Origin: an uncultured Candidatus Saccharibacteria bacterium
Lineage (GTDB): Bacteria; Patescibacteriota; Minisyncoccia; Phycocordibacterales; PALSA-1337
Direction: 5' to 3'
DNA: 63,722 nt
Assembly: GCA_964358005.1 (NCBI GenBank)
Contig: CAYHNH010000005.1
Location: forward strand, 1 to 63,722
Shown: in pieces, positions 27,146-36,548 of the stretch
Position numbering within the stretch: position 1 is the stretch's first letter
Layout: each line of letters opens with the position of its first letter
Program-made: the position numbers and the translations under genes
Notes under the pieces: generated by a model
Databases searched by the model: none
What the model was told of the DNA's origin: nothing
The model's input: the letters and a program-made list of their open reading frames with translations, nothing else

Positions 27146-28328
27146 CTATGTAAAGGCATTTGTAGGGCTTTTGGTGCCCACCGGCGCCGCGCCAGAGGAA
27201 TATGCAGTTATGACCGATGTGCTCGGTCATGTGCCGGATGTCGCCGAAGCGCTCCAGAAAGCCAAACAGTCCCTAAATGACGACGGACGGATCGTCATAA
27301 CCCAATACAGCACTCTCTGGGAGCCTGTGGTGCGGCTGGCGTCCCACATCGGCCTGCGCAGCGGACCAGTCGAGCAGAACTGGCTGTCGAAGCTCGATAT
27401 AAGGAATTTCGCTTATCTCACTGGTCTAGATGTAGTCAAATCCGGCACGAAGATGCTGATGCCCGTATACATCCCGGGCATCGCAGAGCTTCTCAATGTG
27501 CTCATAGCCAATATCTGGCCATTCAATCATCTGGGCATATTCAATTATTTCATTCTGCGGAAAGCCGAGCCTAGAGGTATCGCCGCTCATCCAGGCAAGA
27601 AGAATAGGCCGTCGCTATCCATCATCGTGCCGGCCAGGAATGAAGCGGGCACCATTGAGAAGATCGCCCGAGAGCTGCCAGACCTGGGCTCATTTACCGA
27701 ACTCATCTTCATCGAGGGTAATTCGACCGATAATACTTATGACGAGATAAAAAGAGTCGCAGAGTCGATGGGTGAAAAGAGGCTCATCAAGTTCGATAAG
27801 CAGGATGGCAGAGGCAAGGGCGATGCGGTCAGGAAGGGCTTCGATATGGCGACCGGCGATATCCTCGCCATATACGACGCGGATATGACCGTTCCGGCGG
27901 GCGAAGTCAGGAATTTCTATGAAGCTCTCGTAGAGAATAAAGCCGACTTCATCAATGGTTCCCGCCTAGTCTATCCGCTCGAGCAAGATTCTATGAGAGT
28001 CTTGAATTTCTTTGGTAACAAGTTCTTCAGCCTGGCGTTCAGCTGGCTCCTCGACCAGCCGCTCAAGGATACACTCTGCGGCACAAAGGTGCTCTGGCGC
28101 ACGGACTATGAGAAGATAAAGCGGAGCCGGTCATTTTTCGGCGACTTCGATCCGTTCGGCGACTTCGACCTGCTCTTCGGTGCGGCTAAGAACAACTTGA
28201 AGATAATAGACATGCCAGTGCACTACAAGCAGCGCGTCTATGGTGTTACTAACATAAGCCGATGGAAGCATGGTTGGCTCCTTCTCAGGATGACGTTCTT
28301 CGCTGCAGGTAAGTTCAAATTCATATGA
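27006..28328 (+). CDS. GT2 glycosyltransferase with degenerate N-terminal methyltransferase remnant (start uncertain: 27006/27066/27210)
   Basis: GT2 core SIIVPARNE...IEGNSTDNT...YDADMT. The N-terminal region keeps only DVLGHVPDV...DGRIVIT of a class I MTase and has no GxGxG. The ORF overlaps the upstream gene by up to 140 nt. Confidence 0.75.
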   Translation: MWTFPTYMKPAFTHSFSRDAMMIIPPSHPRSLDTSTDVLFWKRYYHSYVKAFVGLLVPTGAAPEEYAVMTDVLGHVPDVAEALQKAKQSLNDDGRIVITQYSTLWEPVVRLASHIGLRSGPVEQNWLSKLDIRNFAYLTGLDVVKSGTKMLMPVYIPGIAELLNVLIANIWPFNHLGIFNYFILRKAEPRGIAAHPGKKNRPSLSIIVPARNEAGTIEKIARELPDLGSFTELIFIEGNSTDNTYDEIKRVAESMGEKRLIKFDKQDGRGKGDAVRKGFDMATGDILAIYDADMTVPAGEVRNFYEALVENKADFINGSRLVYPLEQDSMRVLNFFGNKFFSLAFSWLLDQPLKDTLCGTKVLWRTDYEKIKRSRSFFGDFDPFGDFDLLFGAAKNNLKIIDMPVHYKQRVYGVTNISRWKHGWLLLRMTFFAAGKFKFI

Positions 28329-30100
28329 AACTCACTGTCATAGTCCCTGTATTCAACGAGTCCCGCACGATCGGACAGATAATCGACAGGATAGTCCAGG
28401 CGCCGCTCCCACCGGGATTCGAGAAAGAGATCGTCGTCGTAGACGACTTCTCGGCCGATGGCACCCGCGGCATGCTGGATGAGCTTAAACGAAAGCACAA
28501 GTTCCAGGTGATCCTCCACGAGAAGAACCGCGGCAAAGGCGCCGCGATGCGTACAGGCCTCGCTGCGGCTACGGGGGAGTTCGCAGTCATCCAGGATGCC
28601 GATCTGGAGTACGATCCAAACGAATACACGAAGCTCCTCGAGCCGCTTCTTTCTGGTCAAGCAGAGATCGTATACGGATCAAGATACATGAATAAGAAGC
28701 AGTCGGACCTGTTTTCTGTGAATTATTTTGCCAATCGGATATTGACGTTTATTTCCAATCTATTCAATGGCCAGAGGCTGACTGATATGGAGACCTGTCA
28801 CAAGATGTATACAAAGAATGCCTACACGAAGATAGCGCCGCTCCTGCGATCTGAACGCTTTGACATCGAACCGGAGATAACTTCGTCTGCGGCGCGCTGC
28901 GGTTTCAGTATCATAGAGGTACCGATCTCATACGAGCCCCGGACTGCTAGGGAAGGCAAGAAGATCAAATGGCATGACGGCATACCGGCAGTCTGGGCGA
29001 TCGCACGCTTCGGCATACGAGGCCTTTGGAGGGTCAGACAGTGGCAGGTAATGCTGATTATCAGCCTGGCCGTATTAGTCCTTCTATTCGGCGCTTTTCA
29101 AGGCCCGAATATCCTAGGCGATACCCCGACGTACGTGCAGTCCATAGAGGTGTTGAATGGGGCGCAGCCGACCGCAGATTTTATACCGAACAGGCTCTTG
29201 ACGACTTTTCTTGGGCTTGAGCTCATAAACCTGCTGTCCCACATCTTCGGTGGCATATACCCAGCTTGGTTTGTATTGAACTGCTCATTATATTTTCTTG
29301 CCTGCATATTCTTTTTTAAGATCCTATCCAGGATGCTCAAGAATGAACAAGCCGCCTATTTTGGGACGATGTTCTTGGCGGCTAACTATGGCTTCCTGAT
29401 ATTCGGCCTGAATTATCTTATGGACGTTGGGGGCTGGTCATTCTATATATTCGCGCTGTATTTCCTGTGGAGATATTCTGTATCAAAGAAAACCAGCCAC
29501 ATCCTCTGGTCCGCGGCCATGGTGGGCCTTGGCGGCTTGTTCAAGGAATACGCTTTCCTAGCAGCGCTCGCGATAGCGATGGTCCTCATACTTGAGAATG
29601 GTCAGAGGCTCGGTGCGCTTGCCAAGAAAGCGGCCTTGACTGCGTTCATAGCCCTTGTGCCGATAGTCGTGCTCTATTCCTGCGTCTACTCTTATTTTGG
29701 CTATACCTACGCAGATTGGTTCGGCTCGAATTCCGTACACTATGTCTATGCTTCCAGGATGATCGAATACATCAAGTCCTTAGGCTCGTTGGTAAATGTT
29801 CTCGCCCTCGCATTCATCGCCGGCTTGTGGGTCATATTGAGGCACTGGAGGGATGTGGGCAGGGAGGCGCGGGTATTCCTGTTCAGCTTGCTTGTCTCGA
29901 TCATACCGATATTCTTCTGGCCGGCGATCACTCAAAGGATCATGACCGTGACTATCCCGTTCATTGCTATCGTTTCCGCATTCTTTTTTAGGAGACAAAA
30001 GAATAAATGGCCGGTGTTCGCCGCTTTGCTAGCGATCTATGTCCTAGCTACATTCCTCATGGACTCTGTTGTTCTTAAGGCCGTCAATCTGCCGTTCTGA
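28325..30100 (+). CDS. GT2 (polyprenyl-phosphate sugar synthase type) fused to polytopic membrane domain
   Basis: TVIVPVFNE, VVVDDFSADGT, IQDADLEYDP, then ~360 aa with ~9 TMs. Confidence 0.8.
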   Translation: MKLTVIVPVFNESRTIGQIIDRIVQAPLPPGFEKEIVVVDDFSADGTRGMLDELKRKHKFQVILHEKNRGKGAAMRTGLAAATGEFAVIQDADLEYDPNEYTKLLEPLLSGQAEIVYGSRYMNKKQSDLFSVNYFANRILTFISNLFNGQRLTDMETCHKMYTKNAYTKIAPLLRSERFDIEPEITSSAARCGFSIIEVPISYEPRTAREGKKIKWHDGIPAVWAIARFGIRGLWRVRQWQVMLIISLAVLVLLFGAFQGPNILGDTPTYVQSIEVLNGAQPTADFIPNRLLTTFLGLELINLLSHIFGGIYPAWFVLNCSLYFLACIFFFKILSRMLKNEQAAYFGTMFLAANYGFLIFGLNYLMDVGGWSFYIFALYFLWRYSVSKKTSHILWSAAMVGLGGLFKEYAFLAALAIAMVLILENGQRLGALAKKAALTAFIALVPIVVLYSCVYSYFGYTYADWFGSNSVHYVYASRMIEYIKSLGSLVNVLALAFIAGLWVILRHWRDVGREARVFLFSLLVSIIPIFFWPAITQRIMTVTIPFIAIVSAFFFRRQKNKWPVFAALLAIYVLATFLMDSVVLKAVNLPF

Positions 30101-30150
30101 CGCCTAGATAAGCGCCTCGGCTATTAGATCGAAGAAGATCATATAATAAA

Positions 30151-32325
30151 ATGGTGAAACCAGAACTAACGATAGTCATCCCGACATACAATGAGGCCGA
30201 CCTCATAGAATCTTCGCTTATGCGTATAGGCGAGGCGCTAGGCGACATGCGCTCGCGGACGGAGATCATCATCGCTGATGACGGGAGCGATGATCTACCA
30301 GCGGTGATCGACCGGTGCCGCGGATCTTTAGGCTTCGCGGCGATCCTGGTGATGCGCAATGAGACCCCTCTGGGAAAAGGCGGATCGATAGCGCGGGCCT
30401 TCCGCGCATCAAGCGGCGTTGTCGTCGGCTTCATCGACGTTGACCTATCGGTCGCTCCGTCCTATATCCGAGAGGCGGTGCGTGAGATAAAGGAGGGGAA
30501 TGATATATGCATAGCTAAGCGTGTGGGCAATAGATTCAAGAGCGATGGGTCCCTGGCCATAAGCATAGTTGCTACCGTATTTGCATTCGTTCACAGTAGG
30601 CTGATCTTCGGCCGCAAGAGGTCATTTGCTGATACACAGTGCGGCTTTAAGTTCTTCAAGAATGCCGTAGCGCTGAGATTGTATGAAGGTCTGGTCGCTA
30701 CTGACGGTCTCACTGATCTGGAAGTGCTGTTGAAAGCCGTCAGGCTAGATTACAAGGTCGTCGAGATCGAAGTTCCTAGGAAGAATGACAGGATCGGCAA
30801 GAGGAGGATATCCTCCATTTTCGTGAGCGAGCTTTTGTCTCTATGTAGGATATTTTGTAAGCACAAGCTAGCACCGGGCATGGCATCTGTCAGACATTTC
30901 ATAGAGAAACACAGATATCTTTTTATTATTCTTTTCCTTGGCATCATAATCCAGCTCGGCACGTTCGCGACATTGAAGAGCATATCAGCCGACCAGCCCG
31001 AGTCCCTGCATCACATGTTCCCGATAATGGGAGGAGGTTTCGATTCTACCCACTACAGCACGCTACCGGACAATATCCTGGATTACGGCAATTTTTCCCT
31101 ACAGCCGGGTTCGGACGGGAACCCTGAGACCTTCCGCACCCCGGCGTACCCATTCTTCGTAGCCATGATCAAATATCTGACGGGCGGCATAGATGCTGTG
31201 CCGATATTCCAGACATTCCTTCTGGCCATCGGCGCTTACCTGGGATATTTCATATCCTTATCCGTGGCTCCTCTGCGTAGGAGGGTAGCTCTGGCCGTCG
31301 CGGCCTGCTTCATGATCGATCCTGTCTCTTTTTTCGCTACGCAATTCCTGGCTACGGAATCGCTCTACACTGTCCTCTTTTTGGCGGGCATATATTTTTT
31401 GGTCGGGAATCCACGTCCGCGGATATGGGCCTTCGCCCTGTCAGGGTTATTCTACGGGCTTAGCGCCCTCACCAGGCCGTCGGGGCTCTATACTATCGTC
31501 CCTATCGGGCTCTGGATGATCTGGCATATTTTTCGGGCCGAAAACAGGAGAGCTATGCTCATCGGCGCGGGAGTCTTCTGTCTCGCAGGCGCTATCCTGA
31601 TCGTTCCCTGGTACATAAGGAATGGAGTTAGGACCGGCGTCTATTCATTCTCTTCTCTCGAGGCCTATAACATGCTGAACTTCAACTTGCCTGTATATCT
31701 GTCGTATGAAAGCGGATACAAGCTGTCGATCGAGGATGTGCGCGCAGACATGCACAAGAAAATAGGGGGTATATCCGATGACGAACAGCTGGATCTCCGT
31801 AATAGTCCGATGATGAAGCAGGTCATCTGGAAAGAGCTAGAGCCACGCATCCTAAGCTACGGTTTCTTCCACTTGAGCAAAAGCCTAAATTTCTTCTTCA
31901 GCCCAGGCACGAAGCTCGATGCTAGCATCCTCCGCGGATTCTGGGAGCAGCAGCCGATTGAGGATTGGCACCCGCAGACAAGCTTGGTGAACAGCCTGAT
32001 CGATGGCCGGCCGAAAGATGTCCTTGCCTGGCTCGGCTCGAACAAGGTCTATTTCCCCGAGAGCCTTCTGTTAGTATGTTTGTTCCTGCTGGGCCTGTAT
32101 TGGAGCATCGCCTCCAGATCGAACAATGCTCGGCTCCTGTTCGGACTCATCCTATTCCTCGGCATCCTCACCAGCCCGATAACCAATCCCCGCTACCGCG
32201 CGCCGATAGTGCCGTTCGTGTATCTTTGTGGTTTCATGGGTGCGGCCATGCTCATCGAAAGAGCTAGACAAAAAAAGCGCCGCCTGATCTTGCCAAGCGG
32301 CGTTGCTAAGATGAGCTCCTTTTGA
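30151..32325 (+). CDS. GT2 (polyprenyl-phosphate sugar synthase type) fused to a GT-C-like polytopic domain
   Basis: TIVIPTYNE, IIADDGSDD, IDVDLS, then ~490 aa with many TMs (RTPAYPFFVA loop). Confidence 0.8.
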   Translation: MVKPELTIVIPTYNEADLIESSLMRIGEALGDMRSRTEIIIADDGSDDLPAVIDRCRGSLGFAAILVMRNETPLGKGGSIARAFRASSGVVVGFIDVDLSVAPSYIREAVREIKEGNDICIAKRVGNRFKSDGSLAISIVATVFAFVHSRLIFGRKRSFADTQCGFKFFKNAVALRLYEGLVATDGLTDLEVLLKAVRLDYKVVEIEVPRKNDRIGKRRISSIFVSELLSLCRIFCKHKLAPGMASVRHFIEKHRYLFIILFLGIIIQLGTFATLKSISADQPESLHHMFPIMGGGFDSTHYSTLPDNILDYGNFSLQPGSDGNPETFRTPAYPFFVAMIKYLTGGIDAVPIFQTFLLAIGAYLGYFISLSVAPLRRRVALAVAACFMIDPVSFFATQFLATESLYTVLFLAGIYFLVGNPRPRIWAFALSGLFYGLSALTRPSGLYTIVPIGLWMIWHIFRAENRRAMLIGAGVFCLAGAILIVPWYIRNGVRTGVYSFSSLEAYNMLNFNLPVYLSYESGYKLSIEDVRADMHKKIGGISDDEQLDLRNSPMMKQVIWKELEPRILSYGFFHLSKSLNFFFSPGTKLDASILRGFWEQQPIEDWHPQTSLVNSLIDGRPKDVLAWLGSNKVYFPESLLLVCLFLLGLYWSIASRSNNARLLFGLILFLGILTSPITNPRYRAPIVPFVYLCGFMGAAMLIERARQKKRRLILPSGVAKMSSF

Positions 32326-32334
32326 GGACCGAGC

Positions 32335-32976
32335 CTACTGTTCCCTGAGATTCGAAGGCCAAACAATGGCGGCCGCAATCACGCTCGATGTGCAAATGAC
32401 CAAAATCCACCAAGTCCCGACGTTTGCCATACAGGTAATGCAGGCAAACAAGTAGGACATCGCGAGTTCGGGCATCGATAGGGTGCTCGGGCGCAGCCAG
32501 AATGTGCGAATCCACTCGGTGTGGCCGACATCTCGGATGTATTTTTCTCGTTTCGATTGACCGATCTTTTCTCGGCCATTTGTGAAACTGAACGAATCCT
32601 GCGTGAATGGCCAGAGTGCGACAAGCCCTCCATACGGTCCGGTCATGTCGTGGATGTAGTGGCCGGCGAGACATACACCTGCGATAATCGCCCAGGGTAT
32701 ACCGCCAATCAGGAGCGCTACGGTCACCCCAGTGGGGACGGTAAGGATTGGGTAGTGGAATGGTGACCTATGGTGATCGACCTCCACACCCTTTTTGGCG
32801 AACTGGCTCGGCAGGTCGATATCCGGCGCGAGGGCCAATAATCCACCAATAAAGGGGGCGAGGTAGGACGAATCGAGCCCATACCAGAGCATGACTAGGG
32901 TGGCAACGAGTGCCCCGAAGCAGAAATCAAGGGCGGCCGCGAGGCCATTCCCGATCAGTTTGTTGACAAGGTTCAT
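32335..32976 (-). CDS. Membrane-bound metal-dependent hydrolase-like (DUF457/YdjM-like)
   Basis: PDIDLP...DHHRSPFH pattern and several TMs. The ATG at 32976 is preferred to the TTG at 32985. Minus-strand TTTACA-17-TATAAC promoter at about 33013-33041 (not counted to the base). Confidence 0.55.
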   Translation of the reverse strand: MNLVNKLIGNGLAAALDFCFGALVATLVMLWYGLDSSYLAPFIGGLLALAPDIDLPSQFAKKGVEVDHHRSPFHYPILTVPTGVTVALLIGGIPWAIIAGVCLAGHYIHDMTGPYGGLVALWPFTQDSFSFTNGREKIGQSKREKYIRDVGHTEWIRTFWLRPSTLSMPELAMSYLFACITCMANVGTWWILVICTSSVIAAAIVWPSNLREQ

Positions 32977-33028
32977 TGAAATCAAGGTTCGTTTTTGCTG
33001 TGCTGTTTTGGTTATAACATAGATACCT

Positions 33029-33208
33029 CACTCTGTAAATAGGTGAAAATTGAGTGATGGGGTTGCCTTCTTCAAAACCCGAAAAGCAATCACGGACAGC
33101 ACCTAAAAAGCATTGCCTAGTTGAATAGGCGCCACAAGGGTTCCTGGGCGACCAAATTATTTTACGACGTTAAAATGACCCTTCAGATTTTTTGAGGTTT
33201 CGAAGAAG
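33029..33208 (+). repeat. Intergenic repeat: short B-3' fragment (33029-33064) plus unit A copy 1 (33066-33208)
   Basis: Aligns by eye with 57501-57645 over ~140 nt, mostly identical with a few substitutions and 1-nt indels. 33029-33064 aligns with 36745-36776. Confidence 0.75.
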
Positions 33209-33438
33209 ATGAGCCGGGCATATGTGCAGGTGGGGGGTAATGACAGGGGCAAATAATGCGATTATATGGGACCTACACCATCTCGCTTCACTGAATATTT
33301 TTTATATACAGGAATGTACGGACGTGGTGTTATCCAAAACTGTAAATAAAAATTTTCTTGTTAGAGGAGAAGCTGTCTCCAGGGCAAGCGAACGATCAAA
33401 AGTATTTTCGTAGACAGTCTTGGGGAAGAGCTTCATGG

Positions 33439-34323
33439 TTAACCACGCCTAGCGATGATGTTCCTGAAAGCATTCTTCGGAATGCTCTGCACGAAATCCT
33501 TTATGTTCTCGATAGGCTTGACCAGCTCTTCCTCATCATCTATGACGGAGAGGGAGAAGCCTAGCGATCTCAACTGGCTCAGATACGCGACAGCCGATTC
33601 GCCGAGCTTGTTCATGCATCTCGGATAGACCTCGGAGAATATGACGAGGTTAGGGCTCCTAGCGATAGTCTTTTGCATGCCGCGCAAGGCGATGGGTTCG
33701 GCCCCCTCGATGTCTATCTTTATGATATCGAGCGCAGGGTCGCTGTAGGCGTGGAGGGCTTCATCGAGCGTTGTGGTTTTTACCGTGATCTTTCCTGTAG
33801 TGACTCCGTCCCGTCCAAATGAGTGGTGCCCCTTATTATATTTTTGTATATAAAGATCATGCTCGCCAACAGCATCTGATGCTGCAGCGGCTATGATGGT
33901 CACGTTCCTCGAACCGTTCACGGCAACGTTCTTCTCGAGGAACGATCTGTTGCGCGGCTCCGGTTCGAAAGAGAAGACCCTTCCTGCCTGGCCGACGGTT
34001 CTCGATGCGAGCAAAGAATAATAACCGATGTGCGCTCCGATGTCGGCGACCTTCATGCCTGGGCGAAGGGCCGCGAGGAAGAGACCGGTCTCAAATGACT
34101 CGAAGCCTTTGAGTGCGATTGACCCTGATACCGCGATATCCTCTCGGTCGAGGAATATAGTACTGCCGTTCGTCTCGACCTTCTCGGGTATCGATCGGCG
34201 TACGATCGCTCCGAGGATGTCGCGCAAGACGGGCACCCGGAGTGTGGAATTGTATATGAACGCAGGCGCGCCGTGCGGCAGAAGCCCGATGATCTTAGAC
34301 AGTATGTTCTTGCGTGGTATCAT
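33439..34323 (-). CDS. FkbM family methyltransferase
   Basis: VADIGAHIGYYS...IIKIDIEGAEPIALRG is characteristic of the FkbM domain. Confidence 0.85.
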   Translation of the reverse strand: MIPRKNILSKIIGLLPHGAPAFIYNSTLRVPVLRDILGAIVRRSIPEKVETNGSTIFLDREDIAVSGSIALKGFESFETGLFLAALRPGMKVADIGAHIGYYSLLASRTVGQAGRVFSFEPEPRNRSFLEKNVAVNGSRNVTIIAAAASDAVGEHDLYIQKYNKGHHSFGRDGVTTGKITVKTTTLDEALHAYSDPALDIIKIDIEGAEPIALRGMQKTIARSPNLVIFSEVYPRCMNKLGESAVAYLSQLRSLGFSLSVIDDEEELVKPIENIKDFVQSIPKNAFRNIIARRG

Positions 34324-34358
34324 GTAGTTTCACGAGTATACTACATAATCAAACCGAC

Positions 34359-36518
34359 ATGAAAGGCGCACGGAAGATCATACTCATACCCACTTACAAT
34401 GAGAAAGACAACATCCTCGGCCTGCTTTCGCGCCTGACCGCCTCGTATCCAGACACGGAAGTCTGGGTCATAGACGACAATTCTCCAGATGGTACCGGCG
34501 CCGCGGTGGAGTCTTTTGCCAAGGGAAATACATCAGTCCGGCTCATAAAAAGAGAGAAGAAGAACGGCCTAGGCGAAGCCTACAAGCACGCTTTGCGCAT
34601 CATACAGGGGATGGATGATGTCGCTCTCGTCCTCACCATGGATGCCGATGGCTCACATGATTCCGCAAGCGTCGCGGCATTATTCTCGGCCCTCGAGGAC
34701 AAGGATATGGCCATAGGCTCCAGATATGTGAAAGGCGGAGCCATAGACGGCTGGGACCGCAAGCGTTTACTCTTGAGCTCCGGAGGCAACCTGTATATCC
34801 GATTGCTCACCGGCATACCGATACGCGATTCGACGGCCGGATTTGTCGCCTACAGGAAGGCAGCTTTGGACCGGCTCGATCTGGGAAGGCTCTCTAGCGC
34901 TGGCTATTCGTATCAGATCGAGTTCAAGAACGCCATGCTCGAATCAGGCTCCTCATACACGGAGGTGCCGATAACATTCCATGAGAGGCGCATCGGGTCG
35001 TCGAAGGTGTCGTTTAAGATAGTCGCGGAGGGACTGCTCACTCCTTTCCATATATTCTTCCAGAAGATGAGGAAGCTCCGCCTACGCTCATGGATCGCCG
35101 CGGCCCTCATCCTCGCTACAGTTTTCTTTGCCTTCTTCCGGCTAACCGAGAGCCCATCGGTCTGGTATGACGAAGGCTTGTACATACAGATGGCCGATCA
35201 TATATCGCAGGGCGAGCCGTCCGGCTTCCAGACTGCGCCAGGGAAGATAGAGAACGTCTCGAAGGTGAGCGTCGGTTACCCGCTTACATATCCTATCGCG
35301 CTTCTGTTCAGGATATTCGGCTATGATATCGCGACGGCCAGGGTCTTCATGGCGGCCTGCATAATCCTCTTGGTCATATTCTCGTACCTGCTCGCCAGGC
35401 GGTCGTTCGCCGCTGGAGCGGCGCTCTTCTCCCTAGCTCTGGTGTCGATGTTCCCGCCTCTATACGGCAATGGCAAGAGCGTTCTCGGCGAAGTCCCTGG
35501 CATCCTATATCTCGTCATATCTCTGTATGCCTTGAACCGCGGCTTGAAGGGTAGCCGTTTTGCGCTCGTCCTGGCTGGCGTATTTGCCGGGCTTTCCGCC
35601 GTGACCAAGCCGATATTCATACTCATCGTGCCGGCATTCGTGATCGCACTTTTTGTCGCCAGGAAGTCTCATGGTTTGCGCGCGAAAGACATATTAGTTG
35701 CCATCATCTCTGCCGCCGCACCTGTGTTGGTCTGGATCGTGACCCAATTCGGCATGGGGGACTCATTCCGCGAGATCGTAGGTTTCTACGCCAATCCACA
35801 GCCAGGGCAGGGCATATTGGCGACATTGGGCTCAAATCTTGCGCATATATTCTCTGATTTCGGCCTGCTGTATCTGGTCATAGTCATGGCTGTCTGGATC
35901 ATATCATTCATCGTGCGCAGGAAATCGAGCCGCGCGATAGGCCTGGTTGAAGCGATGGCTTTCACATTCTCGCTCCTCATCGTGCTTGCGTACCTGCGTA
36001 CAGCAGGGTACAACCGCTATCTTTTTCCGGCACAGATGATATCGCTCATATATTTTCCCGAGGCCATATCCTGGGTCTTCAGCCGCGCGCGGGAGAAGCT
36101 TCGCCTCTCGCCACTGTTCCAGTCGACTCTTGTGCCGCTGGGCGTGCTCCTTCTCTTCGTTGCCGGTATCTACCAGCTCATGTTCAATTCCTGGGTGGCG
36201 GATTCATACAGCAGTCACAAGACGGAGTTCTGGCAAGAGTATTTTACATCGCATGATCTGCAAAATGTTTTATTCTACGATGTTCCAGAAGTGGCGATCT
36301 TTGCTCGTAACCCGGAATTCTATCAGTATATCCTCATGGCACCGGCATCAGGTATAAATGTCGGCTCGGCCAACCTGGTTGGTCTCAAGGAAGGCACCTT
36401 CGACACGGTCATCATGACGCGCTCTAAGTTCGAGGATATGGGGAAGGATGTGATGCGTCACTACCGTGAGGTCGGCGCGCCTTATAAGTATGTGATTTTG
36501 GATAGGAAGCCTCTCTAA
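34359..36518 (+). CDS. Dolichyl/polyprenyl-phosphate mannose synthase-like GT2 fused to a GT-C (PMT_2-like) domain
   Basis: ILIPTYNEKDN, VIDDNSPDGT, MDADGSHD (DPM1-like), then ~480 aa polytopic with a first-loop WYDEG motif. Confidence 0.85.
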   Translation: MKGARKIILIPTYNEKDNILGLLSRLTASYPDTEVWVIDDNSPDGTGAAVESFAKGNTSVRLIKREKKNGLGEAYKHALRIIQGMDDVALVLTMDADGSHDSASVAALFSALEDKDMAIGSRYVKGGAIDGWDRKRLLLSSGGNLYIRLLTGIPIRDSTAGFVAYRKAALDRLDLGRLSSAGYSYQIEFKNAMLESGSSYTEVPITFHERRIGSSKVSFKIVAEGLLTPFHIFFQKMRKLRLRSWIAAALILATVFFAFFRLTESPSVWYDEGLYIQMADHISQGEPSGFQTAPGKIENVSKVSVGYPLTYPIALLFRIFGYDIATARVFMAACIILLVIFSYLLARRSFAAGAALFSLALVSMFPPLYGNGKSVLGEVPGILYLVISLYALNRGLKGSRFALVLAGVFAGLSAVTKPIFILIVPAFVIALFVARKSHGLRAKDILVAIISAAAPVLVWIVTQFGMGDSFREIVGFYANPQPGQGILATLGSNLAHIFSDFGLLYLVIVMAVWIISFIVRRKSSRAIGLVEAMAFTFSLLIVLAYLRTAGYNRYLFPAQMISLIYFPEAISWVFSRAREKLRLSPLFQSTLVPLGVLLLFVAGIYQLMFNSWVADSYSSHKTEFWQEYFTSHDLQNVLFYDVPEVAIFARNPEFYQYILMAPASGINVGSANLVGLKEGTFDTVIMTRSKFEDMGKDVMRHYREVGAPYKYVILDRKPL

Positions 36519-36548
36519 AAAAGTGGTGGCAGGGCTAGTGCGTCATCC

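Noticed and set aside
33222-33564. ORFs 33222..33413 and 33358..33564 in the 32986-33438 intergenic region
   Set aside because: AT-rich, no coding-like GC3 bias and no family motifs. The second overlaps the 3' end of the FkbM gene antisense.
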